Assembly (NCBI GenBank): GCA_951406725.2
Contig: OX597814.1
Span: 158,906,001-158,970,000, forward strand
DNA from: Octopus vulgaris
Taxonomy: Eukaryota
Direction of reading: 5' to 3'
Length of the DNA: 64,000 nt
Below, one piece after another: positions 42,595 through 53,757 of this stretch. The first letter of the stretch is position 1, and each line of letters starts with the position of its first letter. A program made the translations under genes and the position numbers. The notes beneath the pieces were generated by a model that made no database searches, had not been told where the DNA came from, and saw only the letters and a list, made by a program, of their open reading frames with translations.

Positions 42595-42901
42595 CACATA
42601 AACACATTGCTCAATCTAATCTGAAAATACCCTTATATAGGTAAGTAATGTTGAATTGGTTTTTAATAAATATTGAATTTAGAATTAAAACAATAATGTG
42701 TATTCGAAGTGTGTCCTGATTTACTCCAGATTGGCTAATAAGTACGTGAAACCAGCCTGGCTTTTCACAATTGGAAGTACTGTACGTTTATAGTTGAGAA
42801 AATCTGTTGCCACACTGAAGGCAAAGAAAACAATCTTGTTCGAATAACAATGTAACGACGCCAGACATACATATTGGCTACATTAGAAATGAGACATTCA
42901 C

Positions 42902-42931
42902 CAGTGTCAGGCTCTATTACAGCAGGCAGTT
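42902..42931 (-). pseudogene. Linker microexon copy (ELPAVIEPDT) with dead acceptor
   Basis: Body intact, donor gtgaat, but ccctgcag is changed to ccctgaaa. Confidence 0.7.
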
Positions 42932-43144
42932 TTTCAGGGTAAAAATAAAAATTGAATCAATTCGTAATAGTAATAAAGATGTAAACATACAGAAATTGCA
43001 AACCTTCCATAACTTACATGATTACCTTAAGTACTTCTGTTCCACATTAAATAACTTTGTGGACAATTTTCACTAAAATGCACAAGAGATTCAAAATATA
43101 TCTTTGCAATGAACTAACTACTACTAATATACAAACAAGCGTAC

Positions 43145-43411
43145 CTTCCACAGATAATGTGGCTGATGTAGACACATCACCTGCTACACAAGAATATTCT
43201 CCTATATCTTCCAAAGTAACATTTTCAATAATCAATTGGTGAACCTTCTTATCGGCAACAATCTTCAAGTGATTATCACTTTTGATTTCTTTGCCATTCT
43301 TTTTCCAAATGACTTTAATGTTTTCCTTCAACAATTCACATATTAAAACAACCTTTTCTTTTTCTTTCACTTTAATATTTGTTAATTTCTTTGTAAATTC
43401 AGGTTTGATTT
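43145..43411 (-). CDS. Ig I-set array exon
   Basis: 267 nt, ttcctaag| (AAG acceptor) and |gtacgc, open frame. Confidence 0.88.
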
Positions 43412-44087
43412 CTTAGGAAAAAATACGGGCTTTTGTTACCAAACGTCACATTGAAAGGAAAGGGTAGCACAACATGCACAGAACATACAAATAATGTTAA
43501 ATATAAAATTAGCTACACAGGTTACAATTATGTTTGCCACTCAAATTGATTTTCGAACAACATCACCGTAAACAACAATATTCTCGCAAGCAATATCTTT
43601 TAAACTTATATCATAATCTATTTTGTAAAAATGAAACCTATCCAGTTTTGATTTGAGGCAGGATACTATAAATTGCAAATCGATGTATTGACAACTACGT
43701 TTACATACCGAATACACTTTAGAAGTGATCTGCACAGTATATTGCAGTGAAGTTAACATGTTCTAGACTGAAATGAAGTCTTTGAATTGATCGAAAATTT
43801 GTACAATAATATATTGTTCAATGGAATAATAAGTTTTAATAAATGCTACAAACGTTGCAAATTTCGAAATCGAAATTGAAATAATATTGTTAGTATGTTT
43901 ACTATTTCAGAGACTAATATTTGTATTAAAACAACGTTCCTTATCAGTGAAAGAAAATCACAGATCGTGATGCAGTTATTCATAATTGCCATATTATATT
44001 GTTCCCGCAATGACAGCAAGAGAAGCGGATTTGTTTAGATAGAATAACGACACCAGATATAAACGTTGGCATGAAGAAGGATTACAC

Positions 44088-44117
44088 CAATGTCAAGCTC
44101 ATCTATAGTAGGAGGTT
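44088..44117 (-). other. Diverged linker microexon copy (EPPTIDELDI), status uncertain
   Basis: 30 nt and open, but weak sites cagaag| and |gtgtaa. Confidence 0.3.
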
Positions 44118-44334
44118 CTTCTGGGTATAAATAATTTTAGCCACTTCTACATCATAATTATTATAGAAAGTGTCAATCTATTATAATTTACTGTTTCACT
44201 TCAAGTATTTTTTTCCATTCATAACGGTAATATCGATGGTAAGTATATTTATGGATTGTAACAGTTACTAACGTACATGCAAAGAAATTCAAAATATTGT
44301 CCAGCAAAGATCTATTTCTAATGCACAGTTACCC

Positions 44335-44462
44335 TGTTCTACTTTGCCTTTCATCCTTTCGTGATCGATAAAATAAATATCAGTTGAGCCCTGGGTGATC
44401 GATGTAATCGACTTACACCCGCCACCCGAAATTACTGATCCTGTGCCAAAATTTGAAACCAA
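44335..44462 (+). mobile_element. 5'-truncated SINE of the same superfamily
   Basis: actttgcctttcatcctttcgtgatcgataaaata...gatgtaatcgact, reverse complement of the core of 3881-4099. Confidence 0.7.
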
Positions 44463-44477
44463 TATACAAACTGGTGC

Positions 44478-44739
44478 ATCCTATTCAGGTAAGGTGCACG
44501 CAGCCTCTTCCACACAAATATATTTACCCATATCTTCCAAATGTAGCACTTTCAGTAATCACTTAATAAACTTTCATATCGGTAATGATCTTTATGTGAA
44601 TATTACTTTTAATTTTACTGACATTCTTTATTCGCGAAACTTTCATGTTTTCCTTTGTCAATTTATGTAGTTAAACAGGTATCTTTTTTCTCTTTTACAT
44701 GAATATTTTTTCATGTCGTTTTAAATTCAAGTTTTATTT
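44478..44739 (-). pseudogene. Old Ig pseudo-exon
   Basis: Homologous blocks (ccatatcttccaa, ctttcatatcgg, tttcatgttttcctttg, aaattcaagttttattt); acceptor AG>AA; donor lost. Confidence 0.82.
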
Positions 44740-44777
44740 TTAAGCAAACCCCAGCTAGTTTTACTAAGCACTGAAGT

Positions 44778-44808
<31 letters not shown>

Positions 44809-45444
44809 AGAAAGAGTGAGTGAGAGAGAAAGAGAGAGAAAGAAAGAGTGAGAGAGAGAGAGAAAGAAAGAGTGAGTGAGAGAGAGGGAGAGCAACTTAA
44901 TATCCAAAGTGAATACAAGGGATGTTAAATCATAAAGTTGTTACACATGTTACAATTAGGTTTGCAACTGAAAATAAAAATATTAGATACAATACACAAA
45001 CACCTCAATAGTCAAGCAGCAATTATATATTTTTGTTATTATTTATACTATACGCATAGGAAACTTTTAAACGGCTGAGTGCTATCTCATATAGCTCTCT
45101 CAACGTTGTAAAAGTATATAGGCATAGCTTTAATATTTAAGAAATGCAAACATATAGATGTTTACATAAAGAATATCCTGAAGCAGAGATTCGGCATCGT
45201 ATATAGTATTTAATTTCCTATCTTAGTGTAAATATTGAAATTAAGAGTAAAGCTAACATTTTGATCAAAACATTGTGAGTTCCTTAACGAAACAAACATA
45301 TCAGAAATGGAAGCGCAGTATATTCATAGTTAGCAATCAGCATTGTAGTTACTTTGAAAACACGAGGAAGTGAATTTGTGAGGATAAACTTTATAACGAT
45401 ACCCGACGTGCACTACTGGCACTATTGAGAAAAGACACACTCAC

Positions 45445-45474
45445 CAATGTCAAGTTCTTGTATGGCAGACAGTA
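45445..45474 (-). other. Diverged linker microexon copy (VLSAIQELDI), status uncertain
   Basis: atgtag|30 nt|gtgagt, open frame but both prolines lost. Confidence 0.35.
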
Positions 45475-45508
45475 CTACATTTACATATTTATTACAAATA
45501 TTTTAAAA

Positions 45509-45846
45509 ACCTCTGGCTAAGCGAAGGCGGGGGTATTGTTTTTAGTCGTGTTTGCTTGTTTGTTTGTCTGTGGACAAGATATCTCAAGAATCGCTGAATG
45601 AATTCGGATGAAACTTTCAGGGATGTTTGACCTCATGACTGGCACAAACTTATTAGTTTGGGGGACTGACCCGAAATGGGACAAGAATTCTGGATTTTTT
45701 CCTGATCTTAATTTTTGAGAGCGGTCGAGTTCATTTTTAGTATTCTCGTTTGAGAGGGCAGTCGAGTTTATTTCAGATTTTCTCATTTTAAAAATCATCT
45801 CTGGCTAATCGTCGAGAGGGCGTTGGTGTTACCTTGGCGGAGGTTT
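45509..45846 (+). mobile_element. HINE/DINE-1-like (Helentron-associated) element
   Basis: 5' acctctggctaagcgaaggcggggg, (GTTT/GTCT)n tract, gatgaaacttt core, 3' ccttggcggaggt subterminal inverted repeat. Confidence 0.65.
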
Positions 45847-46539
45847 GATACACAAAGAATATACAAAGGATTTCCAAGCATATAGTTTTTATAAATGTAA
45901 CAATTAGATTTACAAATTAAGCATATGAATATTAGACATAGAACACACTATCCAACATTATTCAAACAAAACTTTTCATCTATATTTGTATCAATATCTA
46001 TGTTGCCTGTGTCAGAAATTCCGGTATTCCGGTATTCATACTATGCAGGGCACTATAAACAGTAAATTATGTAGGTATGGTCAAGCACAGCTTTAAAACA
46101 TAGATGATTTCATATAAAATATCATTTTGAAGAGGATTTGTGCAGTATACTGCCACACAGTTAACATTTTTTATAAACAGGTGTGGAGTATTAGACATGA
46201 ACAGAAATGCATACATGAATATACTATTCATCGTAATCAGAGGAAAACATAATAGCCTCTGACTGCTATGTAATATTTAATTGCCTAACATATTTTAAAT
46301 ATGGAAATCAAAAGTAATGTTGTTTCTTCACTCTGTATACCGAATTACACTTATAGGCTAACATTTGTAACAAATCAGTATTTCTTTTTTGAAGTGTCCC
46401 AAAAATTGAAGCCCAGTGCATTCATAATACACAAACAATTTTATGATCACATCAAAGCAAAAGCAAACGAATTTGTATGGACAATAACATAACCGTAGCA
46501 GACGTAGACATTTGCGCCATTAAGAAATGACACACTCAC

Positions 46540-46569
46540 CAGTGTCAGGCTCTTCTACAGTAGGTGCTT
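46540..46569 (-). CDS. 30-nt linker microexon EAPTVEEPDT
   Basis: ccctgcag|...|gtgagt, 30 nt, phase 1-1. Confidence 0.85.
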
Positions 46570-46762
46570 CTGCAGGGTAAAAATAAATATGAATCACTAT
46601 CACAACATATTATAGAAAATGTCAAAATAGCATAATTTACAGGTATTTCTTCCCTACATCAGGGTTGTTCCGCTAGAAACTATCATTATGATTAGTGATT
46701 TAGTAACGTGCAAGACAAAATGTTCCAAGTACAAACTAGTTATAACGTACAAACGGACATAC

Positions 46763-47029
46763 CTTCCACAGATATTGTGGCTGATGTAGACACATCACCT
46801 GTCACACAAGAATATTCTCCTACATCTTGCAAAGTAACATTTTCAATTATCAATTGGTGAACCTTCATATCGGCAACAATCTTCAAGTGATTATCACTCT
46901 GAATTTCTTTGCCATTCTGTTTCCAAATGACTTTTGTGTTTTCCTTTGACAATTCACATATTAAAACAGCTTTTTCTTTCTCTTTCATTTTAATATTTGT
47001 TAATTTCCTTGTAAATTCAGCTTTTGTTT
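46763..47029 (-). CDS. Ig I-set array exon (ETKAEFTRKL...)
   Basis: 267 nt, attag| and |gtatgt, open frame. Confidence 0.92.
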
Positions 47030-47280
47030 CTAATAAAAAACGAGTTACAGTTACGAAACATCACATGGACAGAGAAGAGAAAGCAACATGACATACGAAG
47101 AACATGCAATAGATTTTGAAGCATAGTTACACGGGTCAGAATTAAGTTTCACATGAAACACGTAAATATTAAAGCTGCAACATACAATTCAGCGAGATAT
47201 ACGGTGAATGCTTATACACTTTAAGCTTATAAACATTATTATTATTTACAAATTATACATTATACAGTACAATATATATA

Positions 47281-48552
47281 CAGGTTGTTCTAAAATTAAG
47301 GTAACCAACTTTTTCAATTTTACCAAAACAAAATATTGTTATATTTCGGGTCCGAAAGTAACAATGCAATGGTAACGGATACACAATTATGATATTATCC
47401 AATTTATTCTATATGACCATCTCTGTTTAGAAACACAGCCTTAAGTCTAGGTGAGAATGCTTCACACGCGACACGCACTAGGCCGTGCGGAATTGAAGCC
47501 CATTCCTGGCGCAGTTTTGTCATCAGAGCATCGAGTGAAGCATGATGAGTGCTCGAAACAAAACAGACAAAATGGACAAAACAGAAAAATCCAACGGGTT
47601 GAGATCGGGGCTTCTTGAGAGCCATACATCCTTGCCTATAAACGACGGAATATCTTTCTGTGTTGTGTCTGTTTGGAGCTGTGGGATGGTGCCAAGTCTT
47701 ATTGGCGGCTCAAAGGTGCATCTTGAAAGTGCTCATTCGCCCATGGAAGCAGTTAAGCTTCCAGAATATCGCTAATGTATCCGCTGGGTGTTAATTTTAA
47801 TACCCGAGGGCACAAAACGAAGAGAGACCTTCCAGTGGCTGTCACAGCCGCCCAAACTATAACTGACTGGATTTTGACGTCGATTTACGAGTCAACACTC
47901 GACGGAGCCAGATACACTCCAGACTTGGCCATTCTGATGGTTTACTGCCAATTCGATGTCAAATTTCTTTTCATCAGTGAACACCAGGTTGGGCAACGCG
48001 CCTTCAACAATCTGGCATAGGATAAGACGACTCTCCAGTCTCATGGCCTTATAAATTTTCGTGAGCTCATGACGATGGATCATCATGTAGGAGTGGATCT
48101 TGAGATCCTCCTTCATTACTTGATACATCTATATTTGGTTTATTTTTGCTGTAGCAGCCAGTTTTCTGACGGAACGACGAGGATCTCCCTGTATCTTTTC
48201 TCTGGTACTTTTGATAAGCTAAGGGATCCGCACACATCTTTTTCGGTCACATTTAGGTCGATCAGCGATGGAACCAGTCTTCTGAAATTTCTTGGCAATT
48301 TTCCAGACTTTTGTTCGTTTAATTTTAAGCTTTTTTGTTATAGCTATATTACTTTCGCCCCCTTTGTGAAGAGCTGTGATTGTATTTTGGTTTATAGCCA
48401 TTATCTAATTTATAAATCTGAATTTATTTAGTCTGAAACAAAAAGAAGATACACTAAGCTTTTATAATAATGTATGATTTTTATACCCTATCACATTTAC
48501 TGATAGCTATTAAAGCCCGAAACTTCGGTTGCCTTAATTTCGGGACACCCTG
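47281..48552 (-). mobile_element. Near-full-length degenerate Tc1/mariner (maT-like) transposon
   Basis: TA-flanked TIRs caggttgttctaaaattaaggtaacc / ggttgccttaatttcgggacaccctg; fragmented transposase with HTH start (MAINQN...), FTDEKKF, DLAPSH and PDLNPLDF. Confidence 0.9.
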
Positions 48553-49088
48553 TATGTATATATATGATACAATTAGATTTGCAAGACAAACACATTAATA
48601 AAAGAGCGATAGCATACTACAATATAATATTCAAGCAACATATGTCATCTAAAATTTTCGTTAAGTCTATATTATCGGGAGTGCAAAATTACCTGATATT
48701 CTAATGTGAATGCGACGTAAAATGTTGCATAGTTAGGTATAGGTTTAATAAGTGTTGAACTAATTTTATATCCTGTGATACTGCACAAACACTTTGTAAA
48801 CAAGAAATTAAGTATTCGAGGTGAAATATACATATATGAATACTTATCTATCTTATTGTATATATTTATATAAAAATATAACAACGTTAATTCCGATCTT
48901 TTTTTTTTACAAAGGATAAGGTAATATTCCTTATCAGTGCTCGCTTAACAGAAATGGAGACGCATTACATTCATCGTTGCTAAAAAGCAATAGTATCACA
49001 TTAAAGCCAATGCAAACGAATTCGTGTGGGTAATAAAATAACACCACCAGACACAAATATTGGCACCATTAATAAAGGAGACACTCAC

Positions 49089-49118
49089 CAGTATCAGGTT
49101 CTTTGACAACAGGGGCTT
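49089..49118 (-). CDS. 30-nt linker microexon EAPVVKEPDT
   Basis: ccctgcag|...|gtgagt, 30 nt, phase 1-1. Confidence 0.85.
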
Positions 49119-49319
49119 CTGCAGGGTATAAATAAATATGAATCACCTTCAGATTGGTAAATAATATAGGAATTCTCACTCTAGCACAACTTACATGCTT
49201 CTTTGAAGTATGTCATCTCTAGATTATCGTATTATTGCTGGCATATAACTTGATTAGTAACAGTTAGTTTATATTTCCTTGTAAGGAACTAGCTACTTTT
49301 AATATATAAAGAAACGTAC

Positions 49320-49586
49320 CTTCCACAGAAATTGTGGCTGATGTAGACACATCACCTACCACACAAGTATATTCTCCTATATCTTGCAAGGTAACATTTT
49401 CAATAATCAGTTGGTGAACCTTCATATCAGCAACAATCTTTAAGTGATTATCACTCTGGATTTCTTTGCCATTCTTTTTCCATGTGACTTTTGTGGTTTC
49501 CTTTGACAATTCACATTGCAATACCACTTTTTGTTTTTCTGTGACTTTAATGTTTGTTAATTTCTTTGTAAATTCAGGTTTTATTT
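49320..49586 (-). CDS. Ig I-set array exon
   Basis: 267 nt, cttag| and |gtacgt, open frame. Confidence 0.92.
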
Positions 49587-51359
49587 CTAAGGGAAAATGA
49601 GCTAGTGTTACAAAACATGGATACAAGAGAAAACGAAGTGACACAAACAGAGCATACAATTATTTTCGAACATATCAAGTAGTCACATATGATTGAATTT
49701 GACTTACAAGTCTCGCACAACAATAGTAGAGTTACAGTACACTTCAAAACAACATTAAACAATAAATAGACTCGACATTTTATATTTTATATTATCTCTA
49801 CTGGGAATTCCTAAGTTTTTTTTATTGTTACTTGGAAGCAGAATTGTATAAATTGTAAACTGATATATTCTATTTTTCATTATTTTATCGTATACACACG
49901 CACGCAGGCGCGCGTGCACACACACTTATACAAAAATATGTATGTAACACAGACAAATATGTAACATGAAAGAATGGTATAGCAAATACCATACAGCATA
50001 AATTCTTGATTTATTAATATTATCTTCACCTCTAGAGGATGTGTCATATTTATCATATGATAACTGAAGCAAGTTCCATTTGTGAAGGATATAATTTCGA
50101 GAATATCGAGAATTTCTCTCAAGCCAAAGTTGACATGTCATCAAAAAAAAAAGGATTGTTTTCAAGTGATGAAAGGACAGCCTCGGGCACGTGTTCCTGC
50201 CTTAATATGCGTTATCAGTACGACAACTTTTCTAGAAATAAAGTTGTCTTGATAACAATATAACGTCAACTGACATACATTTATGCCATTTGGAAATGAG
50301 AAGCTCATCAGCGTTATGCATTTTTATGCAAGCAGTTCTGTAGGGTATAAAGAAATATGAATCATATATGTGTGTGTGTGCGTGAGCGCGCGTGTGTGTT
50401 GTGGAATAGTAGATCCCGAAGCAATTACAGCTATAAATATTGGACTGAAAAACCCTAAGGTTAGAAAAAGTTGAAGACTGTCCTACAGGCAGCAACATTT
50501 ATGTGTGTGTGCGCGCGCATGTGTATATGTATGTAAGTAGACTATAAAAATTAGGAGGTATGAGAGGTGAATATATTTATTTAATCACTTGACATCTTTA
50601 AGATCACGCCCGTTTCGTAGTCTTCTTCATTTAGTAATAATTTCAGTGTAGAATAAATTGTTTGCATAAATCCTCATGTTACGCACTATACAATACAGTT
50701 GTGTATTCACAAAATGCAAATAAAGAAAGCTAACTTATTTGATCACCAAAACACCATGGTTACGTTACCGATTCAACTGTAACTATACTCAAAAATTTTC
50801 TCTTTATATATACAATGTATAGAAAAGAGAGACTAGATAAAATTAACTTGGTTTGGTCAGTAAAAATAAATACATGTTGTTTCATATCAATAAGTTGCCA
50901 ATCAGAAGTTAAGGGAATTGATCGTTCTTTATTGCTAGTATAAACACGAGAGGGCAAAAAGAGGAAGTAAAGTATTTGAAGTAAATATTTTAAAAAATAA
51001 GAAAATAAAAAATAGCTTAGAATATATGTAAAATACATATGAAATTATAATAAATTAATTAACTGGGGAAAAGACAGCTGGAATAATAAAGATCAGACCA
51101 GGAAATATTATTGAACAACATGATTCAAATGGGGTTAAAAGATCAAAATGTCACACATAAAAACTTATGGACATTAATTTTCTAGACATATCTCAAAATA
51201 CTTTCTAGCTCAATGAGCTGTTGTAAAACCAAGCTGTACACACCCCAACACAAGCACAAGCAGAGACACATGAACAAACTAAAAAATACACAACCCCACG
51301 CGTAATAGTGTACTCTTTTTCACCCATGTATATACATATAGACCACACAGAGAAAAACA

Positions 51360-51670
<311 letters not shown>

Positions 51671-51679
51671 TCACAAGAT

Positions 51680-51910
51680 GACCTGATCGACCAAATTATC
51701 GGATGCTGGTATACATTGTTGGTCACAATGCGCTTTGCATCATTTTAGCTTTCGAATCCCCCTGAGTTACTCATTTACCGCTGAGTGGACTGGACCAATG
51801 TGGATTGGAGCATTTGGATCAAGAAAACAACGCGCGGCCCGGGAATCGAATCTACGATCTAGCAATCGTGAGTGCGACACCTTAACCGTTAGTATATGCC
51901 CCTTCACACA
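51680..51910 (-). mobile_element. Degenerate tRNA-derived SINE
   Basis: Minus strand AACGGTTAAGGTGTCGCACTCACGAT...GATTCGATTCCCGGGC head, followed by a GC-richer body. Confidence 0.55.
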
Positions 51911-51980
51911 TGCAGATATACACCCATACATACTCATTCACCTGTACACCCATTTATACATAAATATATACACAGAAATT

Positions 51981-52056
<76 letters not shown>

Positions 52057-52189
52057 CTAAGAAATTAACTAAAACAGTCTTCAGTATTCCCTCGAAGATT
52101 TTATTCTCTACAGCAATATTTCTACCAAATTAAATCTATGATTAGTATAAGTGATTGGGAAGCAAGTTTATCACCACACAGCCACTCTT

Positions 52190-52305
52190 GTTGCAAAGAA
52201 ATTTTCCATAATCACTCGAGGAACCTCCATTTGTAACTTGTTTCTGTTCATTCACTTTACTGTCTATGAATTTTTTTGTTTGTGTAAATTCAGAATTTTC
52301 TTGTA
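52190..52305 (-). pseudogene. Heavily deleted Ig pseudo-exon remnant
   Basis: ttgcaaag..attttccataatca, ttcacttta, tgtaaattcag, followed by array-type acceptor-side intron (gttacagttagaaaatatcacatgg). Confidence 0.55.
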
Positions 52306-52781
52306 GGGAGAAAGAAGTTACAGTTAGAAAATATCACATGGGCAGTAGGAGGAGAAATAATACATAAAAAGATCATACAGGGAATTATGCACAGAGAAGT
52401 TTGTATAGGTTACAATTAAATTTACACATCACACACACACATATATGTTAGATACAACACACTGCAAAAATATATTTAAACAACGAGTGTCTTCTAAATT
52501 TGTTTGATAAATTGTAGTATAACTAGTAAAATTTGTAAGCATTCTACTGTTTACTCGATGTACCCAGTGAAAGGTGATATACACATAGCAATACATTTAC
52601 ACATTGACACACAAACATAGAACTCGCACACATCCGAGTACACTTGCGTTCACATACATACTCTGTGTGTGTGCGCGTGTGCTAGACATTGTGAAGTAAC
52701 TACAATTTAAGTTTGGCTTCATCAGGGAGATATTTGATTCGGAGTAAGCTGTAGCCTCTTTTCTTCTATCAGTATTCCCTA

Positions 52782-52783
<2 letters not shown>

Positions 52784-52844
<61 letters not shown>

Positions 52845-52910
52845 CATACATACATACATACATACATACATACATACATACATACATACATACATACATA
52901 CATACATACA
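52784..52910. repeat. (TA)n(CATA)n microsatellite
   Basis: Direct reading. Confidence 0.97.
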
Positions 52911-53490
52911 CTGCACACTCACACACTGCTTAAATACCAATCTTGAGAAATTAGGCTTCTCAAAACCAGAAAGGAGAAAGCTAATTCGAAGACTACAGAT
53001 CCAATCCATCACTGGAACTGTAAAAATGTGCAAAACTTTCCATAAGTTTATCATTTAAATATATATGAGCATGTCTAGATATGCAACTAAATGCATGAGT
53101 ATACATGCATAAAACATACAAATTTGCACATACATGCATACGTACATATATACATACATACATACATACATGCATACATACAAAAATATCCTGTTTAAAT
53201 TCCAATGAAGGAGTCTCGGATCGAGGTTGGAGACCGGCTTTTACTCTAATGGCGGGAAATCTTGAAATAAACTGAATAATGACATACATACAGTGTGCAC
53301 TTTTCGTATATAGTATAGATTAGTAATGGTTCTGTATACTATAGTAATTCTTCATTCTCTATTGAACTCTGTAGGGCGATGTCACTGCCAATTTTCTTTA
53401 CGATTAGTAAACATTAGTTTTGTGTTAATCAAAAATTCAAAATATAGTACTACTATTAAGTTGCTACTTTCAATATACAAACAAACGTAC

Positions 53491-53757
53491 CTTCCACAGA
53501 CAATGTGGCTGATGTAGACACATCACCTGCTACACAAGAATATTCTCCTATATCTTCCAAAGTAACATTTTCAATAATTAATTGATGAACTTTCATATCA
53601 GAAGCAAGTTTTATGTGATTATCACTTTTGATTTCTTTGCCATTCTTTTTCCATATGACTGTAATATTTTCTTTTGAAACTTCGCATATCATCGTTGCTT
53701 GTTGCTTTTCTTTAACTTTCATGTCTTTTATTGTTTTTGTAAACTCTACTTTAGCAT
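53491..53757 (-). CDS. Ig I-set exon, first (5'-most) unit of the array (DAKVEFTKTIKDMKVKEKQQATMICEV...)
   Basis: 267 nt, ttgcag| and |gtacgt, open frame. Confidence 0.93.
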
